NCBI GenBank assembly: GCA_002811645.1
Contig: PDIP01000106.1
Span: 55,783-117,702 of the forward strand
DNA length: 61,920 nt
Direction: 5' to 3'
DNA from: Corallochytrium limacisporum Hawaii
Lineage: Eukaryota > Protista > Pluriformea
In this document: positions 10,760 to 22,596 of the stretch, piece after piece
How positions within the stretch are numbered: position 1 is the first letter of the stretch
How the letters are laid out: every line of letters starts with the position of its first letter
Program-made: the position numbers and the translations under genes
The notes under the pieces: generated by a model
What the model was told of the DNA's origin: nothing
The model's input: the letters and a program-made list of their open reading frames with translations, nothing else
Databases searched by the model: none

Positions 10760-12256
10760 TTAGTCATCCATGGCTATCCGACGGAATGTCAAGGAGACGC
10801 GTTGCTTCCGCCGCATGGGAATGCAGGGCCATTCGAGCGCCTTCTCGTCGCTTGATTGGGGGTTGGGAATGAGCAGATCCTGCCAGCGAGCGGCAATGCC
10901 GTGTTTCATCTGGGTACGGGCATGCCCATCCATTACAAGCAGGGATCGTCGGGGCAGTACAATGCTGAATGACTTCGAATAATCGCCCTGTGCCTTTGCC
11001 ATCTTGACAGCTGTAGCTGCAGCCTTCTTGGCAGCCTTCACTTCGTCATGCTCGTCACCGGACGTCAAATCATGTTCGGTGTCATCGGACGATGTGATGT
11101 GGTGCAAGTCATCCTCGTCATGGGCGTCATCGTCGCCGTCAATGCTCACGAAGTCCATCACAGTATCACTGCCTAAGCTCAGGGACAGGATTGGACCTTC
11201 GAAGGCGTCGACGGTGTCAAGGTGAGGCGCGATACCCTGCCCTGCCTCGTAAAGATTAGCAGTGGCCTGATCCCAACAAAACTGCTCGACCATATGGTTG
11301 ATATCCTTGACTTGGTCAATTACAACGTGGAAAAGCAAGGGCATCGGCGGTGCACCACCGCCACCCTGAGCTGCCCGCTGCACTTTACCGTACTCAAAGA
11401 CGGATCCAAAGTGCTGAACTTTGCGTCCCTTGAGCTCCTGCTTCCAGCCCGTTTCAATGAGCATTTCCAGAATCTCGCGCTCGACCATGGGTGTGATGGC
11501 GTCATGGATGAGGGTAAGTCCGGCAAATATCTGCACCTTCGGAGCTGGGCCCCGGCTGGGTGATCCGAGGCTGATTCCTGGCAAAGCCCGCAGAGCGAGA
11601 CGCTTGTGCGATTGATTGAATGAGGGAGGTAGTGGTGGCGGAGGTCCCAGCATCATGATGGCCTTATGCCATTCCGTGTTCGGGTCGTTCGGATCGCCCT
11701 CCGGAAGTTCAATCGTGGGCACAATGTGCTCAATACCTAGCTTCTGCAGACGGTCCCGACGGATAGACACAATGGCAATTGCATCGCCAGGGTATAGAAG
11801 CACATTGTTGAAGGTATCGTCTTGGCGCATACCAAAGGTATCCCGCAGCACGGTGGAGACCGCATCCTCCACTGGGTCCAGTCCCATCGCGGGGTCCAGC
11901 CCCTTCAGATTTCCCAGCCATCGGAATGGGAAAATCCATACGTGCACGTACTTTTTACCCTTCTTGGACACCCGTGTGCTAAATTCCGATTCCCACTTAT
12001 GACCGGGTGCGAACCGTGCAATAAAGTATGGTGCCTTTTTGGCAAGCTTCGTATCAATGTCTCCGAGCTTCTCTCCCACGGGAGTATCGCTTGTAACCGT
12101 ACTCTCGCTGGATGGTTCTGTGTGATCTTCGTCAGAAGAGTCTCCATTACGAACGAAGATTGTATCGTCTTCGTTGACCATCATGCCAGCACCCTTGGCC
12201 ACCGGTTTGGCAGCACTGGTCTGGTCCTCCGAAAGGATTGACTGTAGTGAACCCAT
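10760..12256 (-). CDS. AlkB-family 2OG-Fe(II) dioxygenase, ALKBH8-like dioxygenase domain without methyltransferase
   Basis: RKVQHFG..FEY, DQ.T.N.Y..GQGI.PHLD (HxD), LSLSLGS..VMDF, LPRRSLLVM.G.AR...KHGI, R..RVSLTFR. First ATG at 12256. Confidence 0.85.
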   Translation of the reverse strand: MGSLQSILSEDQTSAAKPVAKGAGMMVNEDDTIFVRNGDSSDEDHTEPSSESTVTSDTPVGEKLGDIDTKLAKKAPYFIARFAPGHKWESEFSTRVSKKGKKYVHVWIFPFRWLGNLKGLDPAMGLDPVEDAVSTVLRDTFGMRQDDTFNNVLLYPGDAIAIVSIRRDRLQKLGIEHIVPTIELPEGDPNDPNTEWHKAIMMLGPPPPLPPSFNQSHKRLALRALPGISLGSPSRGPAPKVQIFAGLTLIHDAITPMVEREILEMLIETGWKQELKGRKVQHFGSVFEYGKVQRAAQGGGGAPPMPLLFHVVIDQVKDINHMVEQFCWDQATANLYEAGQGIAPHLDTVDAFEGPILSLSLGSDTVMDFVSIDGDDDAHDEDDLHHITSSDDTEHDLTSGDEHDEVKAAKKAAATAVKMAKAQGDYSKSFSIVLPRRSLLVMDGHARTQMKHGIAARWQDLLIPNPQSSDEKALEWPCIPMRRKQRVSLTFRRIAMDD

Positions 12257-15200
12257 CAACTCTGCTGCAACTGCATTGCAAGGAACATATAATTCGTTAC
12301 CGCCCGTCTGTTTCCATTCGCAGTTTGTCGTTTGCTGTCGTCACATGAATTTTGATCAAGCACATCTACAGGCCTATGAGTTCCCTTTTCCCGTACGGTG
12401 TCAAATAGCTCACGAGTTGCGAAACCAACCAAGCCGGCGAATGCGTCCTCCAACCCTATGAATTTCGTCTGACTTGCTCAGTTTCAGTTCGCCCGTGATT
12501 CCTATATTCACGGCACAAAACCGAAAGTGGAGACCGGCTTATTGCAAGGCGGCACCACATTGCTGAACCATACCAAACCACAGCGAAAGCTATACTCGCG
12601 CTCCGCCGCGCGCCGTCCAGCCAACCGCGGCGGGTCGCTAGCGAACCCGCCAAAGCCACCGAACCCGGCCCGGGGAGCTGCAGGGAAGTTCGGTACGGGT
12701 CGTGACTGCCTGCTTTCTCTCTCCCCTCCCCCCCTCTCCAGAATTCCCGCTGAGTCATAGTCAAAACACCACCATTTCGGAGTTCGCCTGACCACTTTCG
12801 TTCTTGCACAGCTACCCTCCTGCTTCTCCCCCCCCCCCGGGGTCTCTCTCTCACTTTCTTTTTGGGTGCCCCACCACCGTTGCTCCGAGACCCGCGGGGG
12901 GAGGGGGGGGCCAGACGGAGAGAGAGAGAGAGAGCCCCCCTTGGTGCTCGGGGCGAGGGCAAGTACCCCTGCTCCCCAAGGCGTGATTTGGTATAGTTTC
13001 TTTCTTGCCCCTTAAAAGTTTTCCTTCCCTTTTTCTTTTTTGCTTGCTTTGCTGGCTGGCTGGGCCGGCCCCCCCCCCTTTCTCCTTCATTTTTTTCCCT
13101 TTGGGTTTCCTGGCTGTGGGTATATAAACTGGGCCCACCCACGACCTCCCTCCCCACCCCAAACGCACTCGAAAGATTAAAAGGCAAAATAAAAGAAAAA
13201 GGAAGGAAACCGCTGAGAGTGCAGGGCAGGGCAGGAAGGGGAGAGGGAGGAGGCCGGGACATTTGTTCACGAGCCGGAGCATCTGAGGAAAGGAAAGTAA
13301 GAAATTTTCACAAATTAACTAGGTACATTCACTGCGTAAATCCACGTAGTCAAGACCGGCTAGACGTATACAAAAGAGGGGAAGGGGGACAAACGAAAAA
13401 ACGGAAACGGAGAGAGTTTCTTTTGAAACCAAGTCATTTTCTGTTGGCTCTTTCGGTAGAAAACCTACCGCAGTCGCCGTCACCATTTCAGCGGAGAGAA
13501 TTGGGGGGGGGGGGCCGGGGGCGGTTTGCTACTTTTGAACAAGTCCTTCGTCGAGTGCTCCTCCTTCCTTGCTCTGCGGTCCACGGTTGGAACCTGGGAA
13601 AAGAAGGAAAGAGAGAGAGAGAGAGTGTGTGTGTGTGTGAACGCGCGCCCCCCCCCCCGGGGGGGACGATGGAGGCTAACGCGAGGATGAGATCAGGGGA
13701 ACGCAGCGTGTGTGTGGTGGTGGTCAGGCACAGGAAAATTAGAGCTGGGTCACGGTCACGCCTACTGCCCCCCCCCTTCCCCCCCCCCCCCCCGGGGGGC
13801 CAGCGGGAGACCNNNNNNNNNNNNNNNNNNNNNNNNNNNNNNNNNNNNNNNNNNNNNNNNNNNNNNNNNNNNNNNNNNNNNNNNNNNNNNNNNNNNNNNN
13901 NNNNNNNNNNNNNNNNNNNNNNNNNNNNNNNNNNNNNNNNNNNNNNNNNNNNNNNNNNNNNNNNNNNNNNNNNNNNNNNNNNNNNNNNNNNNNNNNNNNN
14001 NNNNNNCCCCCGGGGGGCCAGAGGGAGACCCTGCCTTCGCGCGCTCTCTCTCTCTCTCTGTTTCTCCGAAAGCGAGGCAAAGGAAGTGAGAAACAGCAAG
14101 AAAAAAAGGAAGGGACCGGGAACGGAGTCAGCCATTTTTTTTTCTTATTCCTTTTTCTTTTGCTGCTTGAAAGCCCCGGGAGGCCCTGAAGGATTTGGCA
14201 AGAATTTGGGGGTGGTTGCCTTGGGGGTTGGGGGGGGGGTGCGTGACGGGTAGCGTGACCGTTTGGAACGTTCTGTGTGGATCGAAACCCGCGGGCCCAA
14301 AGAGTGAGAGAGAGAGAGCGAGAGCTTGGAGACCCCCCCCGGCGAGGAGGTCCCGAAGAGCCACACCGCCGCTGGCGAGATCTCCCTCGGGAGTTTTTGG
14401 AACTCGTTGAGCAGAGTATACTGGAATTCAAAACTGATCTGTCATACTGTCCGGGAGTCAGCAAAGTAGTCAAGAATGGGGGACTGGAGAATATTTTGGG
14501 GTGCGGCGTGCCGGTGGGTGTATCGGACGGGATTGGAATTCGACCGTACGTGACCCCGTGCCTGTGGTCTGCGATTTGACATTTCAAAAGCTCTCAATGA
14601 AGGTCATCGTCATGCTCAGCATATGATACCAACATGACCTGGGCACTTTCTACTCACACTGGGCAGTGTGTATCCATGGGTGTGTGATGCCCTCAGCAAC
14701 TTGGAGCGTAGCAGTTGAGCTGGCCAGCAGGCGGATGGGCAATGGCCGACGGTGTGTGCAAAATCCCAAGAGCCGTGGACAAATGAATCGCGCCCCATCC
14801 GCCACCCTTCCTCTCTGTCTCCCGAGAAATGCAAGCGAGTTTTGGAACACACACCAAAAGGGGACAACATTTCATCGCAAATCACTTCGAATTTTTGTAC
14901 GCGCGCGAAGACAGGGCCCGCGTATTCAGGCAAGGGACGGACGAGTGGCTGAGCGCAGTGTGGTGTACTGGAGGGCATATCGTCAAGTTCGTCCCCTCGA
15001 GCGACACGCTGGCCCATGGCTTACGCTCTTATACGTATACACACAGTCCGTTATTCGAATATCTGTAAATCATGGTGGACAAACCCAGATTGTTGGGACA
15101 GAGTATGGGTACCGTGCCACCTGATTGTCCTGCTGATGATGCTCAAGGCACTCCCGTTTGCGTGTGTATAACGGATGGGATGTGCGCAGTTGCTATTAGC

Positions 15201-15467
15201 CCGAAGCAAAACCCCCGGTGGGGGAACAGTAAAACAATGGAGCTAATTTTTTTAAATAATGAATAATTACTTAAAAAATCGAAGACGAAAAGCACAGGGA
15301 ACGGCGGGCGGGTCTGCAGGCCCTCGTGTTGACCACCTTCTTGCTTCCCTCGTGTTGACCATCGGAAGAAAACAGGTAGAAGAAAGAGGTTTGTATGAGT
15401 CGACTATGTACCTTTGGTTTCATGGGTCTGTCTATCGAGTATGTATCCGGATACGTCAATAATAAAC

Positions 15468-16475
15468 ATGTCCGACGACGATCACGTTGAGGAGATTGAC
15501 CGCGGAGACACTCCGCCTGTGCCCTTACAGGAGACCGGCGACGAAGAGAATGCATCGGCTAGCGACCTCGTGGACTTGTTGGATCACCATAGGACCCTGA
15601 CCAGAAAGCGTCCCAAGTTTGGTACAAGGTACCTGAAGGATGAGAGCAAGATTTTTGAATGTAATGCCTGGGATCACGTAGAATGGACGGAAGAGCGTCT
15701 GGCTGAAATCAAGGAAAAGATTGCCAAGAACAGTGCCAACAAGGCTACGCCGGAGGAAGAGGAGGAATTGGAACGTCTGGCTGCAGAAAAGTGGAATGCA
15801 TTCTACTCGAAGCATGAACATCGCTTTTTCAAAGACCGGCACTGGCTCTTCACAGAATTCCCGGAGCTGGCAGACAAGGACAGCGCCCTCAAAGTCCTCG
15901 AAGTTGGGTGCGGTGCGGGAAACACGGTGTTTCCGTTACTGAAGGCCAACACCAATCCGAACCTCTTCGTGTACGCGTGTGACTACAGCTCAGAGGCAGT
16001 CAAGGTTGTTCGGACCTCAGACCATTATGAAGAAGCTCGTTGCTCGGCCTTTGTCGCAGACCTCAGCAAACCGGACATGATCGATGGGACTCCTTTGGAG
16101 CCGGAGTCCCTGGATATCATTGTCTGCATCTTTGTGGTCAGTGCACTACGTCCAGACACATTTGAGACAGCAGCCAGTAACCTGAGTAGGCTCTTGAAAC
16201 CAGGCGGTATCATTCTCTATCGCGACTACGGTCGCTACGATCTGACCCAGGTGCGGTTCAAGGAAGGCCGTTGCCTCGGCGAGAACTTCTACAAACGCGG
16301 AGATGACACACGGGTATATTTCTTCACCAAGGAAGAGGTCACTGAGCTGATGATGCACCACGGCCTGAACGAGGAGTATAGTCGCTATGACAAACGATTG
16401 CTGGTCAATCGGAGCAAGAAACTCACCATGTATCGCAATTGGATTCAGGCCAAGTACCGTAAGCCGGCACTCTGA
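15468..16475 (+). CDS. METTL2: tRNA m3C32 methyltransferase (METTL2/Trm140 family)
   Basis: FG.RYL, NAWDHVEW, FFKDRHWLFTEFPEL, LEVGCGAGNTVFP, RDYGRYDL.Q.RFK, NFY.RGD.TRVYFF, R.WIQAKY. Confidence 0.9.
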   Translation: MSDDDHVEEIDRGDTPPVPLQETGDEENASASDLVDLLDHHRTLTRKRPKFGTRYLKDESKIFECNAWDHVEWTEERLAEIKEKIAKNSANKATPEEEEELERLAAEKWNAFYSKHEHRFFKDRHWLFTEFPELADKDSALKVLEVGCGAGNTVFPLLKANTNPNLFVYACDYSSEAVKVVRTSDHYEEARCSAFVADLSKPDMIDGTPLEPESLDIIVCIFVVSALRPDTFETAASNLSRLLKPGGIILYRDYGRYDLTQVRFKEGRCLGENFYKRGDDTRVYFFTKEEVTELMMHHGLNEEYSRYDKRLLVNRSKKLTMYRNWIQAKYRKPAL

Positions 16476-17327
16476 AGCGCCACACTCATCACTCACCATC
16501 ATCATAATCATCCATTCATCGGTCCATCCATCATTGAACATCCATGAACATCATTCAACGTATTACCATCACCATTCCATAAACCCTGTACGGCCCATCA
16601 TCATGCAAACATGGCTGTATCTTTGTCTGGCCCCATTCCGGTAAGCCGTAGCGGGTGCCCAAGGTCACCCACCACTTCCGCCGGGTGTTTTTTGGAGTTT
16701 CTTAAACTGCCGTTCCATACTGAACCGCTCGGCACACCAGCGCACCCGATCGATAACAGTCCCGGCCCACCCCCTCTTTTTCAACCGCGCTGAATTTCCC
16801 GCTGGTAAATTTTCTTCCTCTTCCTGCGCCGAAAGGGAAGGAAGGAGGGGGGGGGGGAGGTTTTACGTTACGGCCCCGGGGGCTTTTTTTTCTTTTGTTT
16901 TGGCAGCTGACAAAACACAACACAGTCCCTCGCCGGTGGCCAGGGGTCCATAGTTTCAGTACGCTGCGCAGCCGGTGCGACAACAGACACGGGACCGTTC
17001 CAATTTTCGGGGCCACCCCCCTCCCGGGGGCCCCGGGAAGAGAGGGGAGGGGGGGGCGAAGGGGGGGGGGGAAGGGCACGCAGGTAGGGACGGTGTGAAA
17101 AGGGGGCTGGGATTGCTGACTGTTGCTACACTTCGGCTCCTCCATCATCAGAACATTGGAAGTTAGTTTGTCGCTAGGCTTTGCTTGCGCCACGCGTGTT
17201 AAAGACAGTGACATTCATTTCGTATTGCTTGGGCTATTTCCGAATAGTTTAGTTACTAAGAAGACTCAATAGTTTCTCAGTGCAAAGACGGATTTGCGAT
17301 CTATGTACAAACACATATCAAGCAGCA

Positions 17328-18284
17328 ATGGGAGAAAGCGGTGCCATCAATCCTGATGATTACTTCCAGGAGACCCCACCTCCAGCCAACTATGAGGTGA
17401 ACTCCTCGGCAATGACGGAATTTGTCAAATTCCACAAGGACAGGAAGCAGCGTGTGGTGCTCATCACGTCCGGGGGTACCACCGTGCCTTTGGAGACCAA
17501 CACGGTGCGCTTCCTGGACAACTTCAGCGCCGGTACCCGTGGGTCAGCTAGCGCAGAATACTTCCTGAGGGCTGGGTATGCCGTCATTTTCCTGCACCGC
17601 ACGCACAGTCTGGAACCGTACAGCCGGAACTACAGCCATACCAAGCGATGCTTCCTTGATTTCCTCACCGAGCGTAAAGAAAAGGATGCGGCAGGAAACC
17701 CCATCGTTGCCATTACACCGGAATTTTCGCACGAACTAGAGCGTGTGCTCATCGAATACAACCAAGCAAATTCCGAGAACCGTCTGCTGAAGATCTCCTT
17801 CACCACGGTCAACGATTATCTCTATCTGCTTAAGGCGGCTTCGGAAGCGATTGGCCAATTGGGACGGGACGGGTTGCTCTACCTTGCGGCTGCTGTCAGT
17901 GATTTCTACATCCCCTTCAATAGCATGGCTAAGCACAAGATCCAGAGCAGCGACGGACCGCTGGTGCTGAAAATGCAACAGGTGCCCAAAATGCTGAGCC
18001 CCTTGGTCAAGAAGTGGTGCACAGAGGCCCTGATTGTAAGCTTCAAGCTGGAAACTGACCCTTCCCTACTGGATCCAAAGGCAAAGGGAGCCCTGGCCAA
18101 GTACGGTCACAAGATTGTCATTAGCAATCTGTTGACGACGCGTAAAAAGGTAGTGTACTTTGTCACGGTCGATGACATTACGGAGGTCAAGCTCAGCGAC
18201 AGCGAACTGTCGGAAGGAGTTGAGATTGAGGACAAGATTATCAAACGCTTGAAGGAGGCCCACGATGCACACATTTCTGCATAA
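17328..18284 (+). CDS. PPCS: Phosphopantothenate-cysteine ligase
   Basis: VLITSGGTTVPLE.NTVRFLDNFSAGTRGSASAEYFL, YLAAAVSDFYIP, HKIQS, VSFKLETD. Confidence 0.95.
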   Translation: MGESGAINPDDYFQETPPPANYEVNSSAMTEFVKFHKDRKQRVVLITSGGTTVPLETNTVRFLDNFSAGTRGSASAEYFLRAGYAVIFLHRTHSLEPYSRNYSHTKRCFLDFLTERKEKDAAGNPIVAITPEFSHELERVLIEYNQANSENRLLKISFTTVNDYLYLLKAASEAIGQLGRDGLLYLAAAVSDFYIPFNSMAKHKIQSSDGPLVLKMQQVPKMLSPLVKKWCTEALIVSFKLETDPSLLDPKAKGALAKYGHKIVISNLLTTRKKVVYFVTVDDITEVKLSDSELSEGVEIEDKIIKRLKEAHDAHISA

Positions 18285-18788
18285 AGTTGTTTGGCAAACC
18301 ATTTTATGGACCTAATAAGAGAGAAGAACATGTCACATTTAAAACACGATTAACAATAACAAGCTTTGTATGCAAAAAGCAACGAGTTGGGTATGTTCAC
18401 GTTGGATATACTAGAGCGATGTCGAACTATATTGCAGCCTCACATCTCCCAATCATCTTTGCCACAGGTGACTCGAACGCTTAAACGCCCGCACATCGGG
18501 TATTCATCCGCTCGCTCTACTTAGCCGTTGTTCATGACATTTAGATGAGAGTTTGATGCTTCGCTTGGAATAGTGTCCGACACGTTGTACCCTGTACCCA
18601 AGACCGTGACCATGTGTCCACCCGCCATTAAAAGGTTTTATGATTTTCTTGAGGTATCCCGCAAGTATTATGCTTTTCCACATTATGTAAAGGAGTTATT
18701 CAACAATGCTGTGATAAGATAGGTATGTTAAAAGAATGGAGTGAGAATATGTGAAATGGTAAATCCCGATGCTTGTTTGACCAACAAC

Positions 18789-19118
18789 TTAGTCGAACAG
18801 ACCGAAGCCCATGTCGTCGTCCTCCTCCTCTTCTTCTTCTTCCTTCTTCTCCTCAGCGGCGGGGGCATCACCACCACCAGCAGCGCCACCGGCAGCAGCG
18901 GCACCACCAGCACCACCGGCGGGAACGGAAGCCAGCTTGGAGGTACCCTCAGCAATGATCTCGTCGATGTCCTTGCCGCTCAGCTCAGAGATAACGGAGT
19001 TCAGAGACTCGTCATCAACAGAGACACCCACAGATTCAAGGATCTTCTTCACAGCAGCGGCGTCGGGGCTCTCGTTGCCACCGAGCTGAGCCAGGAGGTA
19101 TGCAGCAATGTAACGCAT
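18789..19118 (-). CDS. RPLP2: 60S acidic ribosomal protein P2
   Basis: [32 protein letters not shown]-terminal [13 protein letters not shown]; 109 aa from ATG 19118. Confidence 0.97.
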   Translation of the reverse strand: MRYIAAYLLAQLGGNESPDAAAVKKILESVGVSVDDESLNSVISELSGKDIDEIIAEGTSKLASVPAGGAGGAAAAGGAAGGGDAPAAEEKKEEEEEEEDDDMGFGLFD

Positions 19119-19796
19119 GATTAATGACTGCCTAAGATTCCCGTTATTGAAAATATGACGTACTGACTTGTGCATGACACATCTGTGCTTAGATGGCTTG
19201 GTGACCATTTATACCACACTATGGTGTTTATATTATCACAATAATCATTATATTTGCAAAATAAATCAGGTTTCCGTTCAATGCAAACTGGTGAATAATG
19301 AAAGCGCCGCGTACAATGCGGCATAGGCTGTGGCCCTAAGCAACTCAGGAACTTGCCAGACACTTGCAAACTGGTTCCGAAGGGCCTCGGTCAGGAACTG
19401 GTAAGCCCCGCAGCATAGCAGCTGAGGTTCCAACGGTGTGGAGTCCTCCTGCTCCCTCGGTACTGAAATGCTGGCGAGAGCAATTGTCCTTAGTTTCAGT
19501 ACTTAAAATGCTGGTGCAACATCGGCTAACTTAATGTACCGAATATCAGGTCACTCTCCCCTCCCCTCCCTGTGAAGAAAGGTTGGTCTCAAATTTCATT
19601 ATGAAATTTCTCAAAATTCTTGGTGGCATAAAATTATGTGTGTGTCTCTGGTACAGGATTGTGTGTGTGTTTCGTGGTGGGGCTCAGGCAAAATTCCGGA
19701 TATGAAATATCGGCCCCATGCCATCGGCCCGGGCCTGCGAGTGCATGGTAAGATGACTATGCCCGTAACTTGATCCTCTACAGGGTGCCAAATTGT

Positions 19797-20522
19797 TCAC
19801 CGCAGGCTTTCCGTGGCAGCCACTTTCGCATCATTACTGGCCACCAATGACCGCATGGCCTCAATCCTGTGCCGTGGAGGGACGTGAGGCGAGACCGTAA
19901 ACGCCTGGCGACCGCTGTGATGCCGGTGCCTGGCTAACAATCGGCTTGCCCGAGTCCGCACCCGCTGTAGTCATGATTTGGTCCTGTACATCGCCACCAA
20001 TGTTTTTGTCGGTTTTGGCCCTCTGCGGAGGCTGCTTCTGCGGGGCTTGCTGTCGCGGACCGCGGGCACTCGACGGCCGAGCAGTGCGGGGTTGCGTTTC
20101 CGAAGAACCCGGAGCCATGACGGTTCTTTTCTGCGAATTGACTAGGGCAGCTTCCCAGTCCATTCCATCCGTGATAATTGCTGAGATTGCCTGCAGAAAC
20201 GGGTTCATGTATTCCACTTCGGTCCCTGCGACAATCTTGTTGGCCCTGACGTTCAGCGGGCTACCCAGGGTGATGTTGACGAGGTCAATGTATTTCTGAA
20301 GGAAGGCAATTTTATCTGATTTGTTTTCATATTGTTCGCATCCATCTCTGCTTCGGTCAACAGGCCCTGGCCGAAGCCCGTCGACCATTGTAATTCCATG
20401 AGCATGTCATGAATGTACCGAAACGGAGGTCTCCGCAACAACTTCTCTGTCAAGGGCGACTTGATGATTAGCTGTCCGAGCCGCTTTTGGGTCTCCAAGA
20501 TGGCAGTTACATCGACATCCAT
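19797..20522 (-). pseudogene. TRAF3IP1: Disrupted intraflagellar transport protein IFT54 (TRAF3IP1/MIP-T3)
   Basis: Frame 1: TQKRLGQLI.K.PLTEKLLRRPPFRYIHD..TGF..GL.T.AEM. A 1-nt loss in the A run at 20324-20327 moves to frame 2: KSDKIAFLQK.ID...KIVAG.E...N.FLQ, then RPSSAR. Frame 3 carries RIEAMRSLVASNDAKV, resembling the extreme IFT54 C-terminus; the intervening coiled coil is missing. Confidence 0.85.
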
Positions 20523-21489
20523 CGTGACTATGGATACGAGTTCGCAAGCCACAGCTTGTGGTAACTTTCTCACATGACTGCAGGAATCATTGCACTGTGC
20601 TCCGGCAGACTGCAGTTAGGCCACTCAATTCTGGTCGCTCCCACGCATAGGACAGCATGAGCGCTCCAACAACAAATCACGAACCTGAGAAGTACCTGTA
20701 CTCACCCGCGTCTAAAGGACACCAAAACACCGTCTCCGCAGGTGCGGTTTGCGGGCGCCATAGTCACACAGAACACGACCCCAAGTGTTCCCGTCCCTAC
20801 TTGCTCAGCCATCCCCTGGCGGGCGCCAAACGGGAACCCAACGGCGACCCACCGTGAAGAGGTCTCCAACAGGTTATTGTCCGCTTTTGATATACTTTCT
20901 TTTTTTAACTGACAAGTCCCTCCACAGTACCCCTACTGAGGGAACTGAAGACCAATTTTGATTCTTTTGATTTTATATATAATTTTAATCAGTATGCGAC
21001 AATAACAAATGGCCGTTTGATTTGGCCGCAGTGTGGAAGAGAAAGTATCGGCTCCGGGGTGGGTCTCAAAACCCCTTTCCCCCCCTTCCCAACGGGGGGG
21101 GTTGGGAGCTGGGCGTAGTTGGGTTCGCGCCAGTCCCGCGTTGATGAAAGCAGCAAGGCTCGAGGCAAGTAGTGAGATCTGAGGTCCTTTGTACTGGTAA
21201 AAACGTAGGAAGTAATGTATGTTATGTAATGCTTCGTTAATATGCTATGGGCATGCAAATGATGGGCATGCAGAAATCTCAATTGACAATTGGTTTGATA
21301 TCGGCTAGTAAACTAGTTGGCAAAGATGCAGTGCCGTGGAACTTGATCATCTTCACGGTACCTTTGCTCTCAATGAGGGGAGCTGTTGCGAGATGAGGTT
21401 CTCACTAGACACTCTAGCATCCTTCTGCCTGGGACTGCTGTGGGGATTGTTCTTTAAGTCCAGAGTGGTTAACATGTTGAGAATAAACC

Positions 21490-22596
21490 TTAGACAGACT
21501 TGATGTCTTTGACGCGACTAATCACTGCAGTCATGTCGTCCATCTTGCCTCCAGTCATACGGTGGCCATACATGCGGGCCTGCTTAGCAAACGGAGACAG
21601 ACGACGGTCATCCTGTGCGAAGATGATGGAGCGATTGACAAGCTCCTTGCTCATGTCCTCGCTAGACTCGAGGGCGGCGTCCGAGAGAGCCTCGACGACG
21701 TCGTCATCGTACATGTTGTCGAAGATACCATCGGTAGCAAGCACAACAACATCGTCGTTAACAAGGTCAAACTCATAAAGGTCAGCCTCGTCGGGATAGT
21801 TGATAATGGCACCGGGGCTCATGCTTTCAGGCATCACAGCCAGCTGGTATGGTACATTGAAAATATGCTGCTGCTCAGAGGTCCGCATGACGACATCATC
21901 GCCGCGCAGCACAAGAATGCCACTATCACCAAGGTTAGCACACTTGAGCACACCATTGGTCTTGTCGATAGCTGCGATGGTGGCAGTAGAGCTGCCAGCG
22001 GGAACATGGCCCTCCTTGACTAGAGTGGAGTAGGCCATGGACATAAGCTCCTGGGGGTCTCCAGAAGTATTCAGGTGAGCCAGGCGGTTGCAGTTGTTCA
22101 TGAGGTGGAAGGCAAACAAAGCAGGATCAACACCAACGTCGACCCAGCCACCAACTCCATCAGCAATGCCCATGTACAGAAAACGTTCTGTTTCGCGGTA
22201 AAAGAACGCGTCGTCGCCAGCGCACTTGCGTTCCATACCAATAAATTCTGTTTCTGAGCCAATGATGCTTTTCTTGCCTACACAGTATCCGGTTGTCTCA
22301 AAACTATAGCGAGTTTTCTTGTTTCCCATGATCTTTGCAATATCCTCGGGCTTGACTCCCTTGTATACGCTGTTTTGACTACTCATGTTGGGTTCGCAAG
22401 ATGCTGCTACTCCCTGTAGGGGATTGACAACTGTCTTGAAGTTCCGTGTTCCGGTCTGTTTGTTCATCTGTTGCTGTGCTGTGCTGAGTGACGCCAGCCA
22501 CTTGCTTACGAATGTCCGCTTCTGCACATAAGTGCTGGGACGGGATGCCACCCTGGGCACCACACCTACGCTTGACCGCAATACAGAAGCCAACAT
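21490..22596 (-). CDS. PPTC7: Mitochondrial PP2C-like phosphatase PTC7
   Basis: Presequence-like N-terminus; GDDAFF, GIADGVGGW...GVDPALFA..LM, GSSTA, ANLGDSG, EQQH.FN.PYQL, LATDGIFDN, GGKMDDMT. Confidence 0.92.
   Translation of the reverse strand: MLASVLRSSVGVVPRVASRPSTYVQKRTFVSKWLASLSTAQQQMNKQTGTRNFKTVVNPLQGVAASCEPNMSSQNSVYKGVKPEDIAKIMGNKKTRYSFETTGYCVGKKSIIGSETEFIGMERKCAGDDAFFYRETERFLYMGIADGVGGWVDVGVDPALFAFHLMNNCNRLAHLNTSGDPQELMSMAYSTLVKEGHVPAGSSTATIAAIDKTNGVLKCANLGDSGILVLRGDDVVMRTSEQQHIFNVPYQLAVMPESMSPGAIINYPDEADLYEFDLVNDDVVVLATDGIFDNMYDDDVVEALSDAALESSEDMSKELVNRSIIFAQDDRRLSPFAKQARMYGHRMTGGKMDDMTAVISRVKDIKSV

Noticed and set aside
12456-14587. Long Gly/Pro/Arg-rich ORFs near or across N gaps
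   Set aside because: Products of homopolymer and microsatellite sequence and N runs; no recognisable motifs.
20320-20332. Programmed -1 ribosomal frameshift in IFT54
   Set aside because: No canonical X XXY YYZ slippery heptamer, and the gene also lacks its coiled coil, so decay is the simpler explanation.
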